Below, one piece after another: positions 29,115 through 38,716 of a stretch of DNA of 64,000 bases. Origin of the DNA: an uncultured Acidobacteriota bacterium (lineage in GTDB: Bacteria; Acidobacteriota; UBA6911; RPQK01; JAPXNP01); contig CAVZRV010000007.1 in NCBI GenBank assembly GCA_963777605.1, positions 640,001-704,000 of the forward strand, read 5' to 3'. The translations under genes were made by a program, and so were the position numbers. Position 1 is the first letter of the stretch; each line of letters starts with the position of its first letter. The notes under the pieces are model-generated. The model had not been told where the DNA came from. It did no database searches and saw nothing but the letters and a program-made list of their open reading frames with translations.

Positions 29115-30182
29115 ATGCGCCTTCAAACCGTCTCTCTCCTGCTGGCCATCCTTCTGCTGCTGGCTGTCGGTGTTCTTCTGTTTACCCTCGTCCGCGATGC
29201 CGGCGAGTTCAAGGAGCTTTCATTTCACTCGCCGGGCTCCTGCCGCCCGGTGCTCGGCATTCAGAGTTCAGAGGACATTGCCGTCAATCCAGACACCGGA
29301 ATCGCCTACATTTCCAGTTCCGACCGGCGAGTACCTCTCGGTGCTTCCCCGGCGCCCGGGGCGATCTTTGGCTACGACCTTAGAAAGATTCCATCGGCCC
29401 CGGAGAACCTGACCCCGTCCCTCCCCTTCGAGTTCAATCCCCACGGTATTGGACTGCTGCGAAGCTCAGCTGGAGCCCGGTTGTTCGTGGTGAACCACCG
29501 TTCCAACCAGGACACTGTCGAGCTGTTTTCAGTCGATGAGACTTCGGTTCTGACCTACCTCGAGACTTTGTCATCCGCTGATCTCGTCAATGCCAATGAC
29601 GTGGTTCCGGTGGGCGATCGTTCATGCTTCGTCACGGTTGACCACGGATCAGTGACTCCGTTCTGGAGGACCGTTGAGGAGACTTTTCGCCAACCCTGGT
29701 CGGGCGTCTATCTCCTTGGTCCGGAGGGTGCTTCGAAGTCCGCCGGCTCCCTCAGAATGGCCAATGGGATCAATCTCAGTCCCGACGGCACACGTCTATA
29801 CGTCGCCGCCACCCTCGGCTTCGCCGTTGAGGTCTACGAAAGGGATACCGAAACCAATGCTCTTCATCACCTCGGGTCGATCGCTACCGGAACCGGGGTG
29901 GACAACATTTCGGTTGAGCCGAATGGAGACTTGATTGTCGGCGCCCACCCGAAGCTTCTGACCTTTCTGGAATACGCCGACAATCCCCGGACTCTTTCCC
30001 CTTCGCAGGTGCTCCGCATCGTGAATCCTTCCGACCCCGGTTCTGCCGAAGTAGAGGAGATCTTTCTCGGCGACGGCCGCTACCTTTCCGGTTCTTCGGT
30101 TGGTGTGGTCTGGAACCATGATCTCCTGATCGGGTCGGTTTTTGACCAGCGTTTTCTGATCTGCGGCCTGACGCCTCGGTGA
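29115..30182 (+). CDS. Paraoxonase/arylesterase-like six-bladed Ca2+ beta-propeller hydrolase
   Basis: N-terminal TM; SEDIAV, FNPHGI, LFVVNH, NANDVV, ANGINLSPD, VDNISV, SPSQVLRI, GSSVG...LLIGSV. Confidence 0.85.
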   Translation: MRLQTVSLLLAILLLLAVGVLLFTLVRDAGEFKELSFHSPGSCRPVLGIQSSEDIAVNPDTGIAYISSSDRRVPLGASPAPGAIFGYDLRKIPSAPENLTPSLPFEFNPHGIGLLRSSAGARLFVVNHRSNQDTVELFSVDETSVLTYLETLSSADLVNANDVVPVGDRSCFVTVDHGSVTPFWRTVEETFRQPWSGVYLLGPEGASKSAGSLRMANGINLSPDGTRLYVAATLGFAVEVYERDTETNALHHLGSIATGTGVDNISVEPNGDLIVGAHPKLLTFLEYADNPRTLSPSQVLRIVNPSDPGSAEVEEIFLGDGRYLSGSSVGVVWNHDLLIGSVFDQRFLICGLTPR

Positions 30183-30245
30183 CCGGCTGCAAGTCTGCTC
30201 TTTCGGCACAGCCTTACGATAAACGATAGAATAGACTTCGATTCA

Positions 30246-31202
30246 ATGGACGACAGCATAGCGGAACAGCTCCAGGTCTTTGCCGACTATATTCACAACA
30301 ACAACTTGCGGATGACTCATCAGCGCGAGCTGATCGTGGAGACCTTCCTCACCAGTGACGGGCACCTCAGCACCGATGAACTCTATGATCTTGTCCGCCA
30401 GCGCGACTCCCGAATTGGGTACGCCACAGTTTTCCGGACGTTGAAGGCGCTGACGGACTGCGGCCTGGCGAGGGAGACCGACCTGGATGACGGCCGGACC
30501 CGATTCGAGCACACCTACCGCCGACCCCAACACCATCACATCGTTTGCGTTCAGTGCAACCGTACGATCGAGTTTTACAGCCCGGAACTGGAGCGTCTGC
30601 AGGAACGAATCGTCGCCCAGTACGATTTCGAAGCGGTTCGCAATCGCTTTCAGATTTTCGGGATTTGCCGGTCGTGTCAAAGCCAGCAGGATTCTGCGCG
30701 AGAGATGGTCGATGCCGATCTGGTCTTCGCCCGCGATGCGTTGCGGATTGCGCTGGAGACGGAACGTCGGGGAGTTCATTTCTACCAGACGGCTTCCAGC
30801 ATCGTTTCACATGCGTCGACCCGCAAGACGTTCCAGGAAATGCTCCAAGACGAAAAGAAGCATCTCGCACGGCTCGAGGGCGAATGGAAGCGTCTGATAG
30901 GAGATAACAAAAAGGTCCTGGACGCCCCCGTGTTTCTCCATTTTGATTTCGAGGCCCTCAAAAAGATCTTTCCCTCCCGCGAAGAGATCGCCGAGCGGCT
31001 TCGACCTGAAATGACCGAGGAGGATGCCCTGCGGCTCGCCATGTCTATGGAGCGCGACGCCGCGGACTTCTTCAACAGCTACGCCGAACGATTCAACGAC
31101 ACCAACGGGCGTGACGTGTTCCTCAAGTTTGCTGCAGAAGAGGAGGACCACTTCAACATTATCAGCCGTGCGCTGGAGTCCGCCCTCCAAGACCACGGCT
31201 AA
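30246..31202 (+). CDS. Fur-family regulator fused to a C-terminal rubrerythrin/ferritin-like di-iron domain
   Basis: THQR, ATVFRTL, HHHIVCVQC, GICRSC; then ALETERRG...DEKKH and MERDA...EEEDH. Confidence 0.88.
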   Translation: MDDSIAEQLQVFADYIHNNNLRMTHQRELIVETFLTSDGHLSTDELYDLVRQRDSRIGYATVFRTLKALTDCGLARETDLDDGRTRFEHTYRRPQHHHIVCVQCNRTIEFYSPELERLQERIVAQYDFEAVRNRFQIFGICRSCQSQQDSAREMVDADLVFARDALRIALETERRGVHFYQTASSIVSHASTRKTFQEMLQDEKKHLARLEGEWKRLIGDNKKVLDAPVFLHFDFEALKKIFPSREEIAERLRPEMTEEDALRLAMSMERDAADFFNSYAERFNDTNGRDVFLKFAAEEEDHFNIISRALESALQDHG

Positions 31203-31434
31203 ACAGTACGACAAGTGCCCCGCTTGCCGCATGAACCGGGCTCCCAACACGGCACGCCGAGATACCCAGGTCCGGGGTAACGAAGGGCCCCGGCTTTCCT
31301 CGTCCGGCGCCGATCATCCTGTCCGGCCCCATTCCGCGTTGCGCAGACCCGGTGTGGTCTGCCTCTGAGTTGGGTGGGGAACGTTCGTTCCGGTGCCGTA
31401 CCCACGAGGCAACCTGGAAGGTTATCCTGCGGTT

Positions 31435-32517
31435 TTACAGGTTCAGGGGATAGCTCGTCAGCTTTTCGATTCCGGTTGCGGTGACCCGGTAGACTTCTTC
31501 GAGGCGGATACCGGCGGCCAGCTCCTCACCGTAGAGTCCCGGCTCAACGGTGAACACGTCTCCTTCTTCGAACATCTGGTTCCAGTGCGGGTTCAAGCTG
31601 GGACGCTCGTGAGGCGAGAGCCCGATGCCGTGCCCGAGGTGATGGAAAAAGGATTCTGGGCGGACCCTATCGAGGCGCTCCTTCACTTTCTGATAGAGCC
31701 TTCGGCAGGAATAGCCGGGAACCACTTCCCCTTCCACGAACCGGAGAGTCTCGACGAGGCACTCCCAGGCCTCATCCTGAAGCCGGGTTGTTTCCGCAAC
31801 CTTGAACGTTCGACAGGAATCCGCGTTGTAGCCCCCCACCCGGACACCGAGATCCAGGATGAACAACTCCCCGCCCTGGGTCGCACGAAGCCTCGGCGGT
31901 CCTCCGGGCGACGCGCACTGGAAGTCATTGCCGAGGGCCGGAAGCTTCTCTCCTGCCGCCACTACCGCGGTCTTGTAGAGTTCCGCATATAGCTCCAGTT
32001 CGCTCACTCCCGGTTCGATCAGTTCTCGTGCCCGCTCGTAGCAGGTTTCGCTCACCTCGATACCTTTCCGGAGCAGTTCCAGTTCGTCCGGATCCTTTCG
32101 CCTGCGTTTCTGCCAAAGAATTGAACAGAGATCGACTGAGCCTTCCGCCAACTCGGGCACAACTGGTGCTGCCGTTGAGCGATCGAGCCCGACCAGTCCG
32201 TCCACAGGCCCTATCTCTGCCCGAACCGCGTCCGCGACCTTCCGGCCGTGATCGAGGTGGGCGGTCGCCAGGTAGGAAGACTCTATCCACCTCACCTCGT
32301 CAGCAGCAACTACCGGATTCTCGGTGCCGCAAAAGAGGGTCGCAGTTCCTCGGGCATCGAGAAGCAGGGCGCTGCGCTGCCCGGGAGGCGTCTCAAACCC
32401 GGTCAAATAGAGGACGTGGGCGGGGTCACTCATGACCCCCACCGACACTCCAAAGACTTCCATTTCCGCTATCAGTCTGCCCTGCCGCGACCGGCAGCCG
32501 TCTATGCTCAGCCTCAT
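31435..32517 (-). CDS. Xaa-Pro peptidase family (M24B)
   Basis: RRKDPDELE, LDLGV...GYNADSCRT, HHLGHGIGLSPHERP, FTVEPGLY, GIRLEE. Confidence 0.9.
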   Translation of the reverse strand: MRLSIDGCRSRQGRLIAEMEVFGVSVGVMSDPAHVLYLTGFETPPGQRSALLLDARGTATLFCGTENPVVAADEVRWIESSYLATAHLDHGRKVADAVRAEIGPVDGLVGLDRSTAAPVVPELAEGSVDLCSILWQKRRRKDPDELELLRKGIEVSETCYERARELIEPGVSELELYAELYKTAVVAAGEKLPALGNDFQCASPGGPPRLRATQGGELFILDLGVRVGGYNADSCRTFKVAETTRLQDEAWECLVETLRFVEGEVVPGYSCRRLYQKVKERLDRVRPESFFHHLGHGIGLSPHERPSLNPHWNQMFEEGDVFTVEPGLYGEELAAGIRLEEVYRVTATGIEKLTSYPLNL

Positions 32518-32618
32518 GCTGTCAGTCTTTACTGGTGTTCACGGACTGTCAAACTGATTTTCTCTGTCCAGTCCGAATTAGCTACTGCTGATCTCGAATC
32601 GAAAACTCCAAAGACTCC

Positions 32619-32653
32619 AAAAAAAAGGCGCGGGATTGCTCCCGCGCCTTTTT
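32619..32653. terminator. Rho-independent terminator downstream of the TBDR (potentially bidirectional)
   Basis: A8-GGCGCGGGA-TTGC-TCCCGCGCC-T5, about 20 nt after the TBDR stop. Confidence 0.9.
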
Positions 32654-32674
32654 AGGTTAACAGGTCAGCGCCGA

Positions 32675-35600
32675 CTAGAAGATGAACTTCAAGCCGAAGC
32701 GAACCACGCGCGCCGAGGAGTTCCCCGACGTGCTGGTGATGTACATGAAGTTACTGGAACCGGCACTGGAACTCGGGTTGTTGAACTTGGGCGTGTTGGT
32801 GAAGTTGAAGAACTCCGCCCTGAACTCCAACGACTTCTGCTCCATCAGAGCAAAGCTCCGGAAGACAGAGAAGTCGAGGTTGTACCACGCCGGTCCACGC
32901 AGGATGTTGCGCCCGGTGTTCCCGTAGCAGTCGTAGTTCGTGCAGGTGTCGCCAGGCTGACGGATGTTGGCCGCGAACGCGGTCGGATCCATGTAGGGGT
33001 CGCCCACACCGATTCCGCCCAGGACCTGGACGTTGTCCTTGACCTGGTCACCCGTGTTGCTGTTGCTGGCAGCATTCAAGAAGTTGCTGCTCGTACCAAC
33101 GCCGAACTGCCGGTTGGAGTTGGCGGCGAAGATGCCGTTCAACTGCCAGTTGCGGATGATCTTGGCACCCATGTCGTCGCCGTCTTTGCCGAAGGGCAGC
33201 GCGTAAACCGTCGCAAGTTGGAGAACTTGCGGCTGGTTGTAGCCAGCGTTGGCACGGTTCCGGTACATGATGGCGGGGTCGTTCCAGCTCAGGCCGGCCC
33301 AACCCTCGTCATCCGTCTGGTTGATGGCATGACCGTAGGTGTACGCACCCTTAACGAACAGGCCATTGGTGAACCGACGGTTGAGAGCGATCTGCAGCGA
33401 GTGGTAATTCGAATCACCCTGGCCATTCCACCACATGATGCTGGTGCTGCTGATCGGATAATACTGACGTCCGGAAGTACCGGTGCCAGGAGCCGACCAG
33501 TTGGTCTGCCAATCGAGCAGCTGGTGGGTCGTTTTGGTTCCAACGTAGCCCAGGGACATGACGAAGTCAGAAGGCAGCTTCCGTTCGTACATGACGTTCC
33601 AGGACTGGATGTAACCGCGGATGATTTTGTCCTGCGGCATCGTGCGCTGCTGCACGACCTGAGGCAGAGGAATCACCGCTCCCGGGCTCGTTTCCGGACC
33701 CGTGAAGAGAGGGATACCTCCCGAAAGCGTCCGTTCCAACACCAGGGAATCCTGGGTTGAGAAGTCGGCCCCAACCGTCGCCGGGTAGAAACCGCGCAGA
33801 GGACGCGAGAAGGGCAGCGGGCTGTTGGTGATACCGTAACCCGCGCGGATGACATCGTTGTCGGACAGGCGGTAGGCGAACCCGAGACGGGGCGCGAACA
33901 GCGTCTTGCTGACCGAGATGTCGTTGCCCAGAGTCATCTTGAAGCACTCGCCAGTCGGGTTCAGATCCGTCGAACATGGCATCGTTTCGGGGAAGTTGAG
34001 AACTTCCATTTGACGATCGGCACGGGTGATCAGCGGGTAGTACTCGTAGCGGAGACCCAAGGTCAGGGTCAGCTTGGGAGTAACCTGCCACCGGTCACGA
34101 GCGTACCAGGCATGCTGCCACTCGCGGGTGGTCATGAGTTCCCACTGGAGACTCTTACCAGTCTGCTGAACCATACCCAGCATGAAGCCGGCCCAAGCGT
34201 TCTCACGCTGGGTGACCTGGCCGGGTATCGCAGTAGAATTCTGGCTGAAGTTGAAGGTGCCGCGAGGGCCGTTTCCGATTTCAGGCTGCCAGTGGTCCAT
34301 CCGATAATGGATCAGGTCATACCCAAACCGTACTTCGTGGTTACCGTTGGTCCAGCTGAAGTTCTGGGTGAAGGTGGCGCTGTTCTCGTTTCGGAACAGC
34401 GGGCTCCATCCGTCAACCTGACCAAAGCCGGTGTAACCGGAAACGAAGAATCCGGGGATACCACCGCAACGGTTGGGACCGTCCACGATACAAGCCTGTT
34501 CCTGGCCTGCAGCGGCGTTGGTGCCGGGGATTCCCAGGACGTCCTGGCCGAAGTTGCCAAGACCCAGGTCACCCGTGATAACCGTCTGGTCCATGTCGTT
34601 GAAACCGAAGTTGCCGTCAATCAGGAAGGTCGGGGTGATCGTCCAGTTGTGGCCGAGACTGTAGACTTTGACGTTGGTGTCACCAGTGCCGTCGCCGCCG
34701 CCGTCAATGGCGCCGCCGCCGGCCGATCCGAAACGGGAACCTGAGGTAACCGTGGCCTTCATCAGGCTGAACTTACCCCAGATCCGATGGTTCTCGGTCC
34801 GATACCAGTCACCCTTTATGTCGTAGTTGTAGCGGTCCATGGGCCGCCCGCCGGAGACCTCGTAGTTATTGGTCCGACCGGCGATGTTGTTCGTCGGCAA
34901 AAGACCGGCCATCTGAACCGCCGCTTGAGAGAAGCGATCCGACGGGATGATGTTGTTCGCGAACGGCGTCTTACCAGAGCCATCGGGATTGCCCGTGTAC
35001 GGGTCATAGATGATGGTGCAATCCGTCGTGCAAGTCCCGCCGGCGCTGGTCGGCAGAAGTGACGAGAAGTCGCCCTGTCGGAAAGCAGTCGCAGGCAGCG
35101 TGTTGCTGGCGAAAATGGCCGAGTTCTGGTTCGTCGCCTCAATACCGCCAAAAAAGAACAACTTGTCTTTGATGATTGGGCCGCCAATAGTGCCGCCCCA
35201 AATATGACGCCGCCCGGGGGGCTTGTCGCCATAGTTGAAGAAGTCGCGAGCGTTCAGCGAACTGTTCTCATGGTTGTAGAACAGGTTGCCGTGAAACTCG
35301 TTGGTTCCCGACTTGGTGATAACGGTGACCGCGGCGCCGCCGGCGAATCCCTTCTCGGCGTCGAAGTTGTTGGTCGAGATGTCGACCACTTCGATGGTTT
35401 CCGAAGGGGGTACGTAGGCGGTGTGGTGCGGCAACCAGATGTTGACGCTCGAGGCGCCGTCAATACGGGTATTGTTCGAGTTTCGGTTGGTTCCGTTGAC
35501 GTTGGTCGTCAGCGCCCGTTCCGGAGTATCCGTGATGGCATTCTGGAACCGGGCCGGCGTCGCACCGGGGACCAGGTTGATCAGAGCCTGGTAATTCCGG

Positions 35601-36079
35601 TAGACATTCAACGGAAGGTCGGTGATCTCCTTGCTGTCCAGCTGAGTGGAGACGTCTGTCGTATCCGTCTGCAGCAGGGTCGCTGCACCAGAGACCGTGA
35701 CCGACTCGGTAAGTTGACCAACCTGCAGGGTAACCTGTTCACGGGTTACCTGTCCCGCTGCCACACTGACGTTCTGCGCCACGTATTCTTTGAAGCCCGT
35801 CAAGGTGACGCGCACAGTGTACGTGCCGTCGGGAATGTTCCTCAAGGTGTAATTCCCCACGTCATTTGTAACCGCGGTCTGCGTAAAGTTGGTACTCGGA
35901 TTGACGATAGTTACCTCGGCACCCGGAATGGCGCCACCCGTGGCATCCTTCACCTGGCCGGTGACGGTGCCATACAGTGCCTGTGCAAAAGACACCGTGG
36001 GCGTGCTCAAGCAGAGCACCAAGGCAACGCACAGCCCGAGCAGTACGAGACTACTCGGTCGTCGCATCGCTTTGATCAT
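32675..36079 (-). CDS. Oar-like TonB-dependent receptor with N-terminal carboxypeptidase-regulatory-like domain
   Basis: 1134 aa; signal peptide; GQVKDATGGAIPGAEV, TKSGTNEFHG, LTLGLRYEY, FAPRLGFAY, FRAEFFNFTN; C-terminal Phe (RFGLKFIF). Confidence 0.93.
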   Translation of the reverse strand: MIKAMRRPSSLVLLGLCVALVLCLSTPTVSFAQALYGTVTGQVKDATGGAIPGAEVTIVNPSTNFTQTAVTNDVGNYTLRNIPDGTYTVRVTLTGFKEYVAQNVSVAAGQVTREQVTLQVGQLTESVTVSGAATLLQTDTTDVSTQLDSKEITDLPLNVYRNYQALINLVPGATPARFQNAITDTPERALTTNVNGTNRNSNNTRIDGASSVNIWLPHHTAYVPPSETIEVVDISTNNFDAEKGFAGGAAVTVITKSGTNEFHGNLFYNHENSSLNARDFFNYGDKPPGRRHIWGGTIGGPIIKDKLFFFGGIEATNQNSAIFASNTLPATAFRQGDFSSLLPTSAGGTCTTDCTIIYDPYTGNPDGSGKTPFANNIIPSDRFSQAAVQMAGLLPTNNIAGRTNNYEVSGGRPMDRYNYDIKGDWYRTENHRIWGKFSLMKATVTSGSRFGSAGGGAIDGGGDGTGDTNVKVYSLGHNWTITPTFLIDGNFGFNDMDQTVITGDLGLGNFGQDVLGIPGTNAAAGQEQACIVDGPNRCGGIPGFFVSGYTGFGQVDGWSPLFRNENSATFTQNFSWTNGNHEVRFGYDLIHYRMDHWQPEIGNGPRGTFNFSQNSTAIPGQVTQRENAWAGFMLGMVQQTGKSLQWELMTTREWQHAWYARDRWQVTPKLTLTLGLRYEYYPLITRADRQMEVLNFPETMPCSTDLNPTGECFKMTLGNDISVSKTLFAPRLGFAYRLSDNDVIRAGYGITNSPLPFSRPLRGFYPATVGADFSTQDSLVLERTLSGGIPLFTGPETSPGAVIPLPQVVQQRTMPQDKIIRGYIQSWNVMYERKLPSDFVMSLGYVGTKTTHQLLDWQTNWSAPGTGTSGRQYYPISSTSIMWWNGQGDSNYHSLQIALNRRFTNGLFVKGAYTYGHAINQTDDEGWAGLSWNDPAIMYRNRANAGYNQPQVLQLATVYALPFGKDGDDMGAKIIRNWQLNGIFAANSNRQFGVGTSSNFLNAASNSNTGDQVKDNVQVLGGIGVGDPYMDPTAFAANIRQPGDTCTNYDCYGNTGRNILRGPAWYNLDFSVFRSFALMEQKSLEFRAEFFNFTNTPKFNNPSSSAGSSNFMYITSTSGNSSARVVRFGLKFIF

Positions 36080-36198
36080 ACATTTCCCTCCTTAGTTGTT
36101 ACTGTATTGGTACGAATATGGAAAAATTGCCTTCCAGTAAACAATCCACACGTTGACAAACCAATCACTAAGCAATTCTCCAAACTATTATTCTTAAC

Positions 36199-36213
36199 GC
36201 AAGACAGGTGCCA
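36199..36213 (-). promoter_or_regulatory. sigma54 (-24/-12) promoter of the TBDR gene
   Basis: Minus strand TGGCAC-CTGTC-TTGC with exact consensus spacing, 120 nt upstream of the ATG. Confidence 0.75.
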
Positions 36214-36330
36214 GTCACCACCACCCCGTAGGAGTCTCTCGCTGGATGCAGCGTAACCAACTGTATATCCAGCAGTTAACCGAATGAAACAGTCTCGTTC
36301 CGGAGCACCGGGAAATCCTTTGGAGCCCAT

Positions 36331-36343
36331 ATTATTCAATAAT
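36331..36343. promoter_or_regulatory. AT-rich palindrome ATTATT-C-AATAAT (candidate regulator or enhancer site)
   Basis: Perfect 6-1-6 palindrome in the divergent TBDR/TPR spacer, about 120 nt upstream of the -24 box. Confidence 0.35.
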
Positions 36344-36460
36344 TTGAAGCCATTGTGTGCCGTATCCAAAAATTTGAAAGATGGATTGATCGAAGCAAGC
36401 CGCCTTGACCGCCTGTTTGCCCTGACAGGAAGGTTAATGGGTTAGAATGGGAAAGACGCC

Positions 36461-37948
36461 ATGTTACTGATTTTGACCCTCTTGACTCTTTTCGTCGGGG
36501 CGTCTCAACCGTTGGACCAGCAGGCTCTTGCAGCCAAGTCCAAACAGGCTCAGGAGGCGTTTCAGGCGGGCCGTTTTCGGGAAGCCGCCGGCGCCTACCG
36601 GGAGTTGGTTGATGCCCTTCCTGCGATACCCGGGCTGCGCATGAACCTGGGTATGGCCCTGTACCTGTCTGGCGACCCGGCATCCGCGATTGCGCCGCTC
36701 CGCAAGGCCGTAGAAGGAGACCCATCCTTGCCCCCGGCCTGGCTCTTCCTCGGAACATCACTCCTCGACACCGGAAAGGCCGCAGACGCCGTCGCACCGC
36801 TCATGACTTACCTGGCCAAGAATCCCCAGGAACCACGGGCGATTCAGCTCCTGGGCGACGCCTACCTCCAGTCCGATCAGCCGGCCAAGGCCGTTGAGGT
36901 CTTTCATCGACTGGTGCGGCTCGACGAGCAGAGTGCGCCCGGCTGGTTCGGATTGGGACGTGGCTACGAAGCCCTGGCTGGGCTGGCATTCGACCGGCTG
37001 AACCAGGCCGGCCCCGAATCGGAATACTGGTTTTCGCTCATCGCCGAGTCCCGAGTCGTGCAGCAGCAATACTCCAGTGCCTTCTTCTTCTATCGCAAGG
37101 CACTGGAAGCAAATCCCAACATGAGGGGGATGCACGCCGCCCTCGCCAATGTGTATCGTCGCTCTGACCATGCCGACTGGGCAGCCACCGAAGAGGAGAA
37201 AGAGATTGCGCTCGGGACCCCCGACTGTTCTCGTGAAACCTACGTCTGCCTCTTCCTGGAGGGCAAACTGAGAGAACTGTTCACAGAGTCCTCCGGGAAA
37301 GGTTCTCCTGAGGCTCTTTACTGGCAGGTAAAATCGGCCAACCAGCTGGCCACGAATGCATTCGACCGTCTCCAGAAACTCCCTTCTTCAGTGGAGCTTC
37401 ACCAGTTCCGGGCCGAGGTTCAGCGCAATCAGCACCGCTACTGGGAGTCGGTTGCGGAATGGAAAAAAGCGCTCGAACTCTCCCCCGGGAATCCCGGCCT
37501 GCAAAGGGAACTTGCTATTTCGCTCTACCTGAACCGCGACTATGCCGACGCAGCCAAGCTCGTCAACCAGTTGCTCGAGACCCAGCCCGATTCCGCCCAG
37601 CTCAACTTCCTGGCGGGGGACATTCTCCTCTACGAACAGAAAGCCGGCGAGTCGGTCCCGTTCCTGGAGAAGGCGGCCCGGCTGGCCCCCGACATGACAA
37701 GCGCACACTCGTCACTCGGACGGGCGTACATGTCGATTGAAGAACCCGAGAAGGCAATCCCTCATCTGAAGGCAGCCCTCGGGGAAGACGAAGACGGCAG
37801 TCTTCACTACCAGCTGGCGCTGGCATACCAGCGAACAGGACAGCGGGATCTCGCCAAAGAGACGCTGGTAACCTATCAGAAGATCAAGGCGCAGCAGCGT
37901 AAACAGCAGACAGAGGTCAAGGAAGAGGTCAAAATCACCCCTCCGTGA
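36461..37948 (+). CDS. Exported TPR protein
   Basis: 495 aa; signal peptide; many TPR units (MNLGMALY, AWLFLGTSL, AHSSLGRAY, LHYQLALAY). Confidence 0.9.
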   Translation: MLLILTLLTLFVGASQPLDQQALAAKSKQAQEAFQAGRFREAAGAYRELVDALPAIPGLRMNLGMALYLSGDPASAIAPLRKAVEGDPSLPPAWLFLGTSLLDTGKAADAVAPLMTYLAKNPQEPRAIQLLGDAYLQSDQPAKAVEVFHRLVRLDEQSAPGWFGLGRGYEALAGLAFDRLNQAGPESEYWFSLIAESRVVQQQYSSAFFFYRKALEANPNMRGMHAALANVYRRSDHADWAATEEEKEIALGTPDCSRETYVCLFLEGKLRELFTESSGKGSPEALYWQVKSANQLATNAFDRLQKLPSSVELHQFRAEVQRNQHRYWESVAEWKKALELSPGNPGLQRELAISLYLNRDYADAAKLVNQLLETQPDSAQLNFLAGDILLYEQKAGESVPFLEKAARLAPDMTSAHSSLGRAYMSIEEPEKAIPHLKAALGEDEDGSLHYQLALAYQRTGQRDLAKETLVTYQKIKAQQRKQQTEVKEEVKITPP

Positions 37949-37955
37949 CGGTTGA

Positions 37956-37979
37956 GGCAACGGAAGCTGCCGCTTGCTG
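37956..37979. repeat. Degenerate inverted copy of the GGAAGC-N4-GCTTCC REP unit
   Basis: GGCAACGGAAGCTGCCGCTTGCTG versus the reverse complement of 26853-26876 (GGCAACGGAAGCTCTCGCTTCCTG). Confidence 0.65.
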
Positions 37980-38133
37980 ACAGGGACCGAAACGTTCCAG
38001 TCAGCGGGAGCCCTCCGGCCTGCGGAGACCATTCAAAGGGTGCAACTTGACCCGGCGCCTTGGTTTCAGGTCCCGGCAAGGCGATCGCGGCCTGTAAGGT
38101 CGCGCCGATTCTTCACGTCCGGAGAGCTGTGCC

Positions 38134-38536
38134 GCCCTTTCAGGGCTGGATTCTTGATGGGTGGGCCGTGAACCCAGGCAAATGCCTGGGCTGGAAACAG
38201 GCCCCCTTCAGGGGCCAGTCCGGCGCCGATCCCGTGATCATCACTCATCCACGTCTGGCACCGGACCAGGAACCAGGATCCAGCCGTTAATCGCGTCCCT
38301 GGCTCTCCACCGATCGCCTCAATCCCCGTCCAGACGCATCCAATTCGTCCAGGTTCTTCAACTCATTCCAAATGAAGTTTCAGGTCAGTCGGGCCCCCGG
38401 CGCCGCCGGACCATTCAATCAGTGAAACGGGTGGAGCATCGCCAGATGAGCGCGCCAACGGCGCAGGGTCATTTCCAGCCCGGCGGCAACGCCCCGGGAA
38501 TCGGAGCCAAGACGGCAATGCAGCACTGAAAGTGCG
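38134..38536. repeat. Inverted pair of ~85-bp three-hairpin repeats (38134-38216 and 38452-38536)
   Basis: GCCCTTTCAGGGC...CCCAGG-CAAATG-CCTGGGCTGGAAA versus reverse-strand GCACTTTCAGTGC...CCCGGGGCGTTGCCGCCGGGCTGGAAA; compensatory stem change. Confidence 0.7.
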
Positions 38537-38549
38537 ATTCAGTCCCGGT

Positions 38550-38598
38550 GGCGGACGGTTTCAGAAGAACCCGGAAATCAAGAATCCTGGATTGAGAA
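38550..38598. repeat. ~50-bp dispersed non-palindromic repeat, copy 2
   Basis: Direct match to 26704-26753. Confidence 0.7.
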
Positions 38599-38716
38599 GG
38601 TTCACTTCCGCCGGGCAAGCTGCCCGGCCGCCATAGCAGGCAGGGATGCCTGGATTACTTTCCCTCCAGAAACGAGAAACCAGGAACCAGGAACTCATCT
38701 CAATTGAACTTCCCGG

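Noticed and set aside
31203-31434. GC-rich spacer with a GCAGAC...GTCTGC hairpin
   Set aside because: Single degenerate hairpin with no second copy in the window; not enough for an ncRNA or repeat call.
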